A stretch of 64,000 nucleotides of DNA from an uncultured bacterium (GTDB lineage: Bacteria > Verrucomicrobiota > Verrucomicrobiia > Limisphaerales > J093): NCBI GenBank assembly GCA_963735925.1, contig CAVTMT010000003.1, positions 1,767,463-1,831,462 on the forward strand. The letters are read 5' to 3'. The translations under genes and the position numbers were made by a program. Numbering within the stretch: position 1 is the stretch's first letter; every line of letters starts with the position of its first letter. The notes beneath the pieces are model-generated. The model searched no databases. It worked only from the letters and a program-made list of their open reading frames with translations, and was not told the DNA's origin. Below, in pieces: positions 17,583-25,855 of the stretch.

Positions 17583-18764
17583 ATGAACGGTCCGGAACCG
17601 TCCCCCGACTTCGTTGCCCGGCACGTGCGCGAGCTGCCGCGTTCGGGCATCCGCGCGTTTTTCGACCTGGTTCAAGGCCTGCCCGACGTGATCTCGCTGG
17701 GGGTGGGCGAACCGGATTTCGTCACCCCCTGGCACATTCGCGAGGCGGCCATCTATGCCCTGGAACGGGGCAAGACCAGTTACACCTCGAACCTGGGTTT
17801 GCTGCGGCTGCGCGAGGCCATCAGCGCGTGGGTGGGCCGCCGTTTCGGCGTGCGCTACGAGCCGGCGTGCGAAGTGTTGGTGACGGTGGGGGTAAGCGAG
17901 GCGCTGGACCTGGCCTTGCGGGCGGTGTTGAACCCGGGCGACGAGGTGCTCTATCACGAGCCTTGTTACGTGAGTTACTCGCCCAGCGTGACGCTGGCCC
18001 ACGGGGTGCCGGTGGCCGTGCCCTGTCGCGCGGCGGACGGCTTTGCAGTGCGGGCCGAGGCGATCGCCGCGCGACTGACCCCGCGTAGCAAGGTGCTCTT
18101 GCTCAATTTCCCGACCAACCCGACCGGGGGCACGATGGAGCGGGCGGAGCTGCTGCGTATCGCCGAGCTGGCGGTGCGGCACGATCTGCTGGTGATCACC
18201 GACGAGATTTACGCCGAGCTCACCTTCGAGGGCGAGCACGTGAGTGTGGCCTCGCTGCCCGGGATGCGGGCGCGGACGATCTTTCTGCACGGCTTCTCGA
18301 AGGCGTACGCGATGACGGGCTTTCGGATCGGATACGCCTGCGGGCCGGCGGCGCTGGTGGAGGCGATGATGAAAATCCACCAGTACTCGATGTTGTGCGC
18401 GAGCATCGTGAGCCAGGAGGCGGCGGTGGAGGCGCTCGTGCACGGGGACGGGGACATGGTGGAGATGCGGGAGGCGTACCGGGCGCGGCGCAACGTGATC
18501 GTGGGGGCGCTCAACGCGATGGGCTTGAGCTGCCACCGGCCGCGGGGTTCGTTCTACGCGTTTCCGAGCGTGGCGGCGACGGGTCTGAGCGCGCAGGAAT
18601 TCGCGGGGCGGCTCTTGCGGGAGGAGCGGGTGGCGTGCGTGCCCGGGGACGCGTTCGGGCCGGGGGGCGAGGGCTACGTGCGGTGTTGCTTTGCGACGGC
18701 GCTGGACCGGATCGAGGAGGCGATGGCGCGGATGGCGCGCTTTGTGGCGCGAGTGCGGGGTTGA
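17583..18764 (+). CDS. pyridoxal-phosphate-dependent aminotransferase, class I/II (aspartate/aromatic aminotransferase family)
   Basis: ISLGVGEPDF, NPTGG, SKAYAMTGFRIGY and the whole fold-type I pattern. The ATG at 17583 was confirmed. Confidence 0.9.
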   Translation: MNGPEPSPDFVARHVRELPRSGIRAFFDLVQGLPDVISLGVGEPDFVTPWHIREAAIYALERGKTSYTSNLGLLRLREAISAWVGRRFGVRYEPACEVLVTVGVSEALDLALRAVLNPGDEVLYHEPCYVSYSPSVTLAHGVPVAVPCRAADGFAVRAEAIAARLTPRSKVLLLNFPTNPTGGTMERAELLRIAELAVRHDLLVITDEIYAELTFEGEHVSVASLPGMRARTIFLHGFSKAYAMTGFRIGYACGPAALVEAMMKIHQYSMLCASIVSQEAAVEALVHGDGDMVEMREAYRARRNVIVGALNAMGLSCHRPRGSFYAFPSVAATGLSAQEFAGRLLREERVACVPGDAFGPGGEGYVRCCFATALDRIEEAMARMARFVARVRG

Positions 18765-18851
18765 GCCGGGCGAGCGGCCGCAAACCTCGCGAACCGAGCT
18801 CCGGGAGGGCCTGGCGCTCCGCCGGGGGCAATGGACTTGGGGTGGGGGAGT

Positions 18852-18883
<32 letters not shown>

Positions 18884-18979
18884 CCGGGGCTGGGGCTGAG
18901 GACGGGAGGGTTCGGCGGCGGTCCGGTTTTGGCCTTTGCGGCGGGCGGAGGGGCGGCTAGGGTACGGGCGGGGCGGGAC

Positions 18980-19053
18980 TGTCCGATGGTGTAATGGCAG
19001 CACAGGGGTCTTTGGAGCCCTTAGTCCAGGTTCGAATCCTGGTCGGACAGCCA
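18980..19053 (+). tRNA. tRNA-Gln (anticodon UUG), CCA encoded
   Basis: Cloverleaf folded by hand. The acceptor pairs TGTCCGA with TCGGACA (the U1:A72 pair typical of bacterial tRNA-Gln), with discriminator G. The anticodon stem is GGGGT/GCCCT and the loop is CTTTGGA, giving UUG. The T-arm is CCAGG-TTCGAAT-CCTGG. Confidence 0.8.
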
Positions 19054-19225
19054 ACACTTCAAGCCTGGACATCCACTTCGCCGGACGCACTCGGGAAACC
19101 GCATCCGGGATTCACGCAATTCCCAGAATCAGGAGCGGGCTTCGCGGGAGTCGGACTTCAGCGTTATGCCAAATCCGATGTCCGACCAATCCTCGCGGGC
19201 CACCGGGGACGAGTCCCCTCAATCT

Positions 19226-20248
19226 CTACCGCTGCGCTGGCAGGATGGCGGCGCGCAGTCGCAAGCCACCGGTCACAGCCAGGCACGCCATGTGGTTTGA
19301 ATCCAGGGCGTAAAGGGCCGGCCAGGTGAAGCGAAATCCAGGCAACCACGGCGGCGGGTCCGCGCGCTGCCACGACTGGCCACGGTCTTCCGAATAGGAG
19401 AGCACGTTCTGGCAGGACGTGACCCAGAGTCGGCCATCCGGCATCGCCACCACGAACGGGCCGGCGTGGTGTCCGGGAATGCGCGTTCCCAAGCCGGCCG
19501 GCCAGTTCGTGCCATCGGCGGAGGATTTGGCATAGACGTCGGCGTTCCCCGAGCCAACGACCTCGTAAATCATGAAGTAACCGCCTCCTGGCAAGGTCGT
19601 GACGACCGGCATGCCGGGACGCAGGCTGCCACCGCCCGGTTGAGCCACCGCCCTAATCTCCGGCCCCCACGTCGTCCCGGCATCAGGCGAAACGCGCACG
19701 GAGATGATCTGGCTGAATCCGGCGTGTTTCTCGTTCGCGTACGCGACTGCCACCGCGCCATTACTCAGCAGGTAAAGGTGCGGCTCCCACAATCCGCGGT
19801 TTTTCAGGCTGCCCGGCGCGCCTTCGTTGGCGTCGATGTTGCCGGTTAGCTCCCAGGTCAGCCCGCGATCGGCACTGCGATAGACGGGCAACCGGTACGA
19901 CTGCTCGTCGATCAGCGAGCGCCCGGTCAGCAGCAATGTCCCGTCGGGCAGGCGCGCCAGGTTGCCGTTGTCGAGCTTGCGGCCGGGTGCGCTGACGACG
20001 CCAACCGCCGACCAAGACGCACAGCGGTCGGTGCTCCGATACAGCCCAAGCTGACTGGGCTGACCGGCAGGAAACAACGTTGAGACGCACAGCCACTCGT
20101 CCGCGCCCAACTTCGCCATTCGCCCCCAGCCGCCCTGGCTGATTTGAACGACGGCACCCCAGTCGGGGCTCCAGCCCGCCGCAGCTACGGAGAGCGCCGC
20201 AATCGTCGGCGCAAGCCAGAGCAAGCACTCGCCCCGTCGTTTCGCCAT
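19226..20248 (-). CDS. BNR/Asp-box repeat glycoside hydrolase (sialidase/exo-alpha-sialidase-like), secreted
   Basis: Four Asp-boxes are present (STDRCASW, SADRGLTW, SPDAGTTW, SEDRGQSW). The start is set at MAKRRGECLLWLAPTIAALSVAAAG (signal peptide), with the ATG confirmed at 20248. Confidence 0.72.
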   Translation of the reverse strand: MAKRRGECLLWLAPTIAALSVAAAGWSPDWGAVVQISQGGWGRMAKLGADEWLCVSTLFPAGQPSQLGLYRSTDRCASWSAVGVVSAPGRKLDNGNLARLPDGTLLLTGRSLIDEQSYRLPVYRSADRGLTWELTGNIDANEGAPGSLKNRGLWEPHLYLLSNGAVAVAYANEKHAGFSQIISVRVSPDAGTTWGPEIRAVAQPGGGSLRPGMPVVTTLPGGGYFMIYEVVGSGNADVYAKSSADGTNWPAGLGTRIPGHHAGPFVVAMPDGRLWVTSCQNVLSYSEDRGQSWQRADPPPWLPGFRFTWPALYALDSNHMACLAVTGGLRLRAAILPAQR

Positions 20249-20274
20249 TCGGGCCACGCCACGACCGCTTGCCG

Positions 20275-23200
20275 TCACGCCGCCGGCAGGTTCGCCAGCG
20301 CGGCGAGAACTTGCTGTTCCTTCGTCTGCCATTCCACCAGACGTTTCTGGTGCTCGGCCAGCACGTGCGGCGGGACCTTCTGGGTGAACTGCGGATTATC
20401 CAGTTTGGCGCGGGCCTTCTCCACTTCGGAGCGGGCTTTGTCCAATTCCTTGCTCAACCGCGCGCGTTCGGCGGCGACATCGATCAGGCCGGCCAGCGGC
20501 AGCAGCAATTCGCCCAGCGCATTCGCGACGACCGGCGTGCCTTTTTCGGGCACGAAAGCCGGTTTGACCTCGACGGCTTCCGCGTTGAGCAAGAGCCGGA
20601 TGACTTCGACCTCGCCGGCGGCCAGGTTGCCGGCCGGTTTGAGGATGTAATGGAGCTTTTTGTTCGCCGGCAGGTTGAACTCGCGGCGCAGATTCCGCCC
20701 CAGGCCCACCAATTCGTATTTGGCGGACGCCAGTTTCTCGGCCGATTCGTCCAGGCCGTAATGCTCCTTGAAATCCGCTTCGAGCGGCTGGGGCCAGCGG
20801 GCAAACATGATCGTCTTGCCGCCCTGGCCGTCGGGCAAATCCTGGTTGAAGGCCATGCCCTGCCAAAGCTCCTCGGTGATGAACGGGAGGAACGGGTGAA
20901 AGAGCCGCAGCGTGTGGCTCAAAACAAAGTCGATCACGGCCAATTTGTTCGTCTTGAGCGCGGCGTCGCTGCCCTGCAAGGCCGCCTTGCTCGCCTCGAC
21001 GTACCAGTCGCAATACTCGCTCCAAAAAAAGCGGTAGAGCGTGGCGGTGGCGTCGCTGAACTTGTAGTCGGCGAAGGCGGTGTCGATCTCGCGAATCGCC
21101 TGGTCAAGGCGGAGGAGAATCCACTTGTCGTCGCTGGTCAGGAGCGCGGGGTCGATCTCGCCCTCCGCGGCGCCGCCCTGCATCTGGCGGAAGCGACAGG
21201 CGTTCCAGAGTTTGTTGCAGAAGTTGCGGCCCAACTCGACGTCCTTTTCGTCAAAGAGCACGTCCTGGCCGAGCGGCGCGCTGCGCATGGTGCCGAAGCG
21301 GAGAGCGTCCGCGCCGTACTGGGCGATGAGTTCGAGCGGGTCGGGCGAATTGCCGAGACTCTTGGACATCTTGCGGCCCAGCTTGTCGCGGATGATGCCG
21401 GTGAAATAGACATTGCGGAACGGCAGGGCATCCGCGAGGCCGAACTTCGGCTCGCCCATGAACTCGTAGCCCGCCATGATCATGCGCGCGACCCAGAAGA
21501 AAATGATGTCCGGACCGGTGACGAGGTCGGTGGTGGGATAAAACTTTTTAAGCGTGGGCGTCTGCTCCGGCCAACCCATCGTGGCGAATGGCCAGAGCCA
21601 GGAACTGAACCAGGTGTCGAGGACGTCGGGGTCTTGGGTGAAGTGGTGTTCCTCAAGCCACTTGGCTTCTTGGTCGGTGCAGATGGTGCAAAGCTGCAAC
21701 TCAAACTCATCGCCGGCGAGTGTTGCCGCATTTAGAGTGAAGTGCTGCGGATCGAATTCCTGCTGGTCGTCTAGACGAATAATTCGCCAAATGCCAGGAA
21801 ACTTGTCGTATGCCGGCTTAAAGACAGCGGCGGCTGACGCGGCGCCGTGTTTTGTGCGTAGATACCAGACAGGGATTCGATGTCCCCACCAAAGTTGGCG
21901 GCTGATGCACCAGTCTTTGATGTTGGTCATCCAGTGCGTGTAGGTCTTGGCCCAGCGATCCGGATGAAAACGAAGTGGGGGGAGCGCGGGCGTCTCGCCC
22001 GCCGGCTTCGGCGTCGCGCCGAAGCCTTTTCCAGACGATGCGTCGGGCGTGACGCCCGCCGCGGCGACCGCGACGGTCGCGCTCCCCGTCACACACGCGA
22101 GCGCCTGCTCCACGCTCGGATACTTCAAAAACCACTGCTCGCTCAAACGCGGCTCTATCGGCACATCTGCGCGCTGACTGAAACCGACGTTGTTTTCGTA
22201 AGGTTTTTCCTCCACGAAGGCGCCAAGTTCCTTGAGCTTCTCCACGGCGACTTTGCGAGCGGTGAAACGATCCAACCCTTTCAAATCCACACCCGCCAAT
22301 AGGTTCATAGAGCCGTCGGGGTTAAGGATTTCGATCGGTTCCATTTTGGCCAACTCGGCATTGTTTTGGGCGATACCTCTGAGAACTATAGTCTGCCAAA
22401 TGTCGAAGTCCGCCTTGTCGTGCGCCGGCGTCACCTTGAGCACGCCAGTGCCGAACTCGAAATCCACCCGCTCGTCGCCGACTATCGGGATGAGCTTTTG
22501 TTCGCGCGGCAATTCCGGAGGCAGAGGGCGTACAATGTGCTTGCCGATGAGATGCGCATAACGAGTGTCCTTCGGATTCACAGCCACGGCAGTGTCTCCG
22601 GGAATGGTTTCCGGTCGCGTTGTGGCGATCGTGAGCCACATTCCTTGCGCCTCGGCCACCTCGACTTTGAAATGATACATGAAACCCTTCTGCGGTTTCA
22701 TTTCCACTTCCTCGTCGGAGAGCGCTGTCTGCGTGGCGGGACACCAGTTCACCATTCGCTTTCCACGGTAGATATGGTGTTTGTGGTAAAGCTGGACGAA
22801 CACATGTTGCACACAGGTCGAATACTCCGGATCCATCGTGAACCGCAGGCGCGACCAATCGCACGAGCAACCGAGTTTCTTCAACTGCTGGATGATGATG
22901 CCGCCGTGCTTTTCCTTCCAGGCCCAGACATGTTCGAGGAACTTCTCGCGGCCGAGGTCGTCGCGGTGCTTCATCTTGCCCTCCTTGCGGAGCGCTTTCT
23001 CCACAACCGCCTGCGTGGCGATGCCGGCGTGGTCCGTGCCCGGCAGCCAGAGCACCTCCTTGCCGTCCATGCGCGCCTTGCGGCTGAGAATGTCCTGGAT
23101 GGTGTTGTTCAGGACGTGCCCCATGTGGAGCATTCCCGTGACGTTCGGCGGCGGGATGACGATGGAATACGCCGGTTTGGACGACGCGGGATCGGCCGTG

Positions 23201-23322
23201 AAACAGCCCTGGTCGCACCAGAACTGGTACCATCTGGCTTCCACCGCCTGGGGCTCGTAGGCTTTGGGAATCCCGCCCTGGCCGCCCGCGGAAGGCAGGT
23301 CTTTCAACGCGATTTCGCTCAT
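20275..23322 (-). CDS. valS: valine--tRNA ligase
   Basis: HMGH and KMSKS motifs (PNVTGMLHMGHVLNNT; KMSKSLGN), WCISRQLWWGHRIP, and a C-terminal coiled-coil. The start MSEIALKD… is confirmed at 23322. Confidence 0.92.
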   Translation of the reverse strand: MSEIALKDLPSAGGQGGIPKAYEPQAVEARWYQFWCDQGCFTADPASSKPAYSIVIPPPNVTGMLHMGHVLNNTIQDILSRKARMDGKEVLWLPGTDHAGIATQAVVEKALRKEGKMKHRDDLGREKFLEHVWAWKEKHGGIIIQQLKKLGCSCDWSRLRFTMDPEYSTCVQHVFVQLYHKHHIYRGKRMVNWCPATQTALSDEEVEMKPQKGFMYHFKVEVAEAQGMWLTIATTRPETIPGDTAVAVNPKDTRYAHLIGKHIVRPLPPELPREQKLIPIVGDERVDFEFGTGVLKVTPAHDKADFDIWQTIVLRGIAQNNAELAKMEPIEILNPDGSMNLLAGVDLKGLDRFTARKVAVEKLKELGAFVEEKPYENNVGFSQRADVPIEPRLSEQWFLKYPSVEQALACVTGSATVAVAAAGVTPDASSGKGFGATPKPAGETPALPPLRFHPDRWAKTYTHWMTNIKDWCISRQLWWGHRIPVWYLRTKHGAASAAAVFKPAYDKFPGIWRIIRLDDQQEFDPQHFTLNAATLAGDEFELQLCTICTDQEAKWLEEHHFTQDPDVLDTWFSSWLWPFATMGWPEQTPTLKKFYPTTDLVTGPDIIFFWVARMIMAGYEFMGEPKFGLADALPFRNVYFTGIIRDKLGRKMSKSLGNSPDPLELIAQYGADALRFGTMRSAPLGQDVLFDEKDVELGRNFCNKLWNACRFRQMQGGAAEGEIDPALLTSDDKWILLRLDQAIREIDTAFADYKFSDATATLYRFFWSEYCDWYVEASKAALQGSDAALKTNKLAVIDFVLSHTLRLFHPFLPFITEELWQGMAFNQDLPDGQGGKTIMFARWPQPLEADFKEHYGLDESAEKLASAKYELVGLGRNLRREFNLPANKKLHYILKPAGNLAAGEVEVIRLLLNAEAVEVKPAFVPEKGTPVVANALGELLLPLAGLIDVAAERARLSKELDKARSEVEKARAKLDNPQFTQKVPPHVLAEHQKRLVEWQTKEQQVLAALANLPAA

Positions 23323-23420
23323 GTCAATGGGCGCGCAGCCTAGCGAAACCGCCGCGCCTTTGGCAACAAGCGCCCGTCCGACCGAGCTTTTCCGCCCTGC
23401 CAAATCCGCCCAGGCAGGTT

Positions 23421-23448
23421 GGAACTGGTGGCTCGACCGGTCACCGTC
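23421..23448 (+). promoter_or_regulatory. candidate ECF-type promoter (GGAAC … CGTC) about 80 nt upstream of the ECF sigma gene
   Basis: GGAAC at 23421-25 and CGTC at 23445-48. The spacer is 19 nt, longer than the canonical 16-17 nt, so this is weak. Confidence 0.2.
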
Positions 23449-23526
23449 CGCGCATTCCGAGCGTGCGTTGGAGCAGATTCTTTTGTCCAATCGACCGTTG
23501 TCTTGCGACTAAATCCCAGACAGGCC

Positions 23527-24105
23527 ATGAACGCAGATGAAACCCAGCTGGTCGAGGCGGCGAAGCGCGGAGAGTTGCGCGCGGCGACGGAACTCGTGGA
23601 TCGTTTCTACGAAGCACTGTTCGCCTTCCTGCGCCGGCTCGCCGGCAACGAGAGCGACGCCGCGGACCTGACCCAAAAGACCTTCGCCCGCGTGTGGCCG
23701 GCCTTGCCGCGCTTCGCCGGGCGGTCGTCGGTCAGTTCCTGGCTGCACGGCATCGCCTACCACGTTTATCAGGACTGGCTCCGGGCGAATCATCGCCTCG
23801 AGTCGCGTTCCGACGAATGGTGGGCGGATTGCCCCGATCCGCGCCATGCCCCCGACCGGTTGGCTGCCGAGGCCGATCTGGCCGCGACGCTTTACGCCGC
23901 GGTGGACCGGCTCGAGCCCGACCTGCGGAGCACCGTACATCTGCACCATTACCAAGGCCTGACGCTGGAGGAGACTGCCGAGGCCCTCGGCATCGCCGCC
24001 AGCACCGTGAAGTACCGGTTGCGCAACGCCGTGCAGCAATTGCAGGCGCGCCTGGCCGAGAAAACCAGTCCCAGTCCCACCCTCAACCTCAGTCGCAAGC
24101 CATGA
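23527..24105 (+). CDS. RNA polymerase sigma-70 factor, ECF subfamily
   Basis: Region 2 (DLTQKTFARVWPALPRFAGRSSVSSWLHGIAYHVYQDWLR) and region 4 (LTLEETAEALGIAASTVKYRLRNA). The ATG at 23527 was confirmed. Confidence 0.88.
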   Translation: MNADETQLVEAAKRGELRAATELVDRFYEALFAFLRRLAGNESDAADLTQKTFARVWPALPRFAGRSSVSSWLHGIAYHVYQDWLRANHRLESRSDEWWADCPDPRHAPDRLAAEADLAATLYAAVDRLEPDLRSTVHLHHYQGLTLEETAEALGIAASTVKYRLRNAVQQLQARLAEKTSPSPTLNLSRKP

Positions 24106-25121
24106 ATCCTTCCGAAGAACAGATCGAGCAAACGCTCCGCCAGGCGCCGCGTCCGCGCCCCGACCCAGGTCTGCGGCGGCAGCTCGTGGATCAAATCAAC
24201 TTTCCGCCCAGCGGCCCGACCGGCGTCCGCGCCGGCGGCTTCAGCGGCGGCTGGTTCAGTCGCTGGTGGCCCGCCCTGGCCACCTGCGCCCTGGCGATTG
24301 CCGCGGCGGTCGTGTATGCGGTGCAACAGGGCGAGATCAAACAACTGCGCCAGACGGTCGAGACTCTTCGACAACAAGCCGCCGCCCAGGCCCAGGCCGT
24401 GCCGACCGCAACCACTCACGAACCTTCCCGTGTGCCCATGCCGGACGGGGCAGCCGAGCTCGCCAATCTGCGCGCCGCAGCCGGGAAATTGTCGGCCGAC
24501 GTTGCGAGCCTCGAGGCCATCCGCGATGAAAACGCCCGCTTGAAAACCCAGACCGCCGCCGCCTTGGGCGTCTCGCAAGAGGCGCTCGAACAACTGGCCA
24601 ATGCCAAGGAGAAAGCCCAGAGCATCGCGTGCGTGAACAACCTGAAGCAACTCGGCCTCGCCTCGCGTATCTGGGCCACCGATAATGGCGACGTGCTGCC
24701 GCCCAGCATCGTGGCCATGACGAACGAAATGGGATCGCCCAAGATCCTGGTCTGTCCGGCCGACACGGCGCGGCAGCCGGCGGCCGACTGGGCGTCGTTA
24801 ACGATGGCCAACGTGAGCTATGAGTTCCTCGCGCCGTCCGGCTCGGAAACGGAGCCGCAGCGCGTGCTCTTCCGCTGTCCCATCCACGGCCATGTCTGCC
24901 TCGTGGACGGCAGCGTTCAGTCGAGCGTGGCCAAGACGCACCCAGAGTGGTTTGTCCAACGAGACGGCAAGCTCATGTTGGAGCAGCCACAGCCGCCCGC
25001 CCAACCGGCGCCGACTGGAGCCGTCCAACCGGGCCGGATGGATCCGGAGATGATGAAACGCTATGGCCTGGTGCCGCCTCCAGCCCAACCCGACGCGGCA
25101 CCCGCCGAACCAGCCGAATGA
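24102..25121 (+). CDS. anti-sigma factor (single TM) fused to a C-terminal DUF1559 (H-X9-DG) pseudopilin-like extracytoplasmic domain
   Basis: Its ATG overlaps the sigma stop (ATGA at 24102-24105). TM helix WWPALATCALAIAAAVVYAV. The C-terminus has SIACVNNLKQLGLASRIWATDNGDVLPP…CPIHGHVCLVDGSVQ, the same family signature as the 5864 and 47223 genes but without the prepilin leader. Confidence 0.7.
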   Translation: MNPSEEQIEQTLRQAPRPRPDPGLRRQLVDQINFPPSGPTGVRAGGFSGGWFSRWWPALATCALAIAAAVVYAVQQGEIKQLRQTVETLRQQAAAQAQAVPTATTHEPSRVPMPDGAAELANLRAAAGKLSADVASLEAIRDENARLKTQTAAALGVSQEALEQLANAKEKAQSIACVNNLKQLGLASRIWATDNGDVLPPSIVAMTNEMGSPKILVCPADTARQPAADWASLTMANVSYEFLAPSGSETEPQRVLFRCPIHGHVCLVDGSVQSSVAKTHPEWFVQRDGKLMLEQPQPPAQPAPTGAVQPGRMDPEMMKRYGLVPPPAQPDAAPAEPAE

Positions 25122-25804
25122 ACACCCGTAACCTTGTTGCCTACATCGCCGGCGTGGCTGCCGTTTCGGGCGGCCTCGCCGCGTTTCGTCAACACTCCCA
25201 TCTCACGGAACTCGATCGTGAACACGCCGACCTCGCCCGTTCGCACGTCGTCGCCGCCACGCAGTCAGTGGCGATCGCCAGGCCAGCTTCCGCGCCGGGT
25301 CAATTGAGCGAAGCCGACAAACTCGAGCTCCTGAAGCTACGCGGTGAAGTCACCCGTTTGCGCGAGCGTCAGCGCGAACTTGCCGGCGTTAAGGCCGAGA
25401 ACCAGGCCTTGCGGGCGCGCGCCGGCGTGAAAGGCACCAACGCCGTCGGGCCGCAGGTTGCTTTGCCGCCCGGTTACGTGCGCCGCCAAGACGCGCAGTT
25501 CCTCGGACAAGCCACGCCCGAAGCGGCGCTGCAATCGTTCTTCTGGGCCATACAAAACCGCGACACCAACACGTTGGTTCGTCTGCTCCCTGACGAAGGC
25601 GTTCAGGACATGCTGCGGGAAATGGAGAAGCAGGGCGAAGCGGAGTTTTGGGAGGCCATCGGCATCATTCCTGGTTTCCGGCTGGTTGGTTCCGAGCGGC
25701 GCTCCGACACCGAAACGGTGTTGAAGGTCCAAATCATGCCGGGCGACAACGCTCAGAGCATGACTGCCCGGCTGGTTGGTAACGAGTGGAAGCTCCAGCC
25801 GTGA
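25118..25804 (+). CDS. hypothetical membrane-anchored protein, third gene of the sigma/anti-sigma operon
   Basis: Its ATG overlaps the upstream stop (ATGA at 25118-25121). N-terminal TM (LVAYIAGVAAVSGGLAAF). A coiled-coil segment is followed by an alpha/beta C-terminal part. Confidence 0.6.
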   Translation: MNTRNLVAYIAGVAAVSGGLAAFRQHSHLTELDREHADLARSHVVAATQSVAIARPASAPGQLSEADKLELLKLRGEVTRLRERQRELAGVKAENQALRARAGVKGTNAVGPQVALPPGYVRRQDAQFLGQATPEAALQSFFWAIQNRDTNTLVRLLPDEGVQDMLREMEKQGEAEFWEAIGIIPGFRLVGSERRSDTETVLKVQIMPGDNAQSMTARLVGNEWKLQP

Positions 25805-25855
25805 GCGGCCGGACCGGAGCGCCGGCGGGCGGGGACAGGCTCGATCGGGGTGTGA

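Noticed and set aside
16432-18536. Minus-strand ORFs 16432..17415 and 17217..18536
   Set aside because: They are antisense to the isochorismatase and aminotransferase genes.
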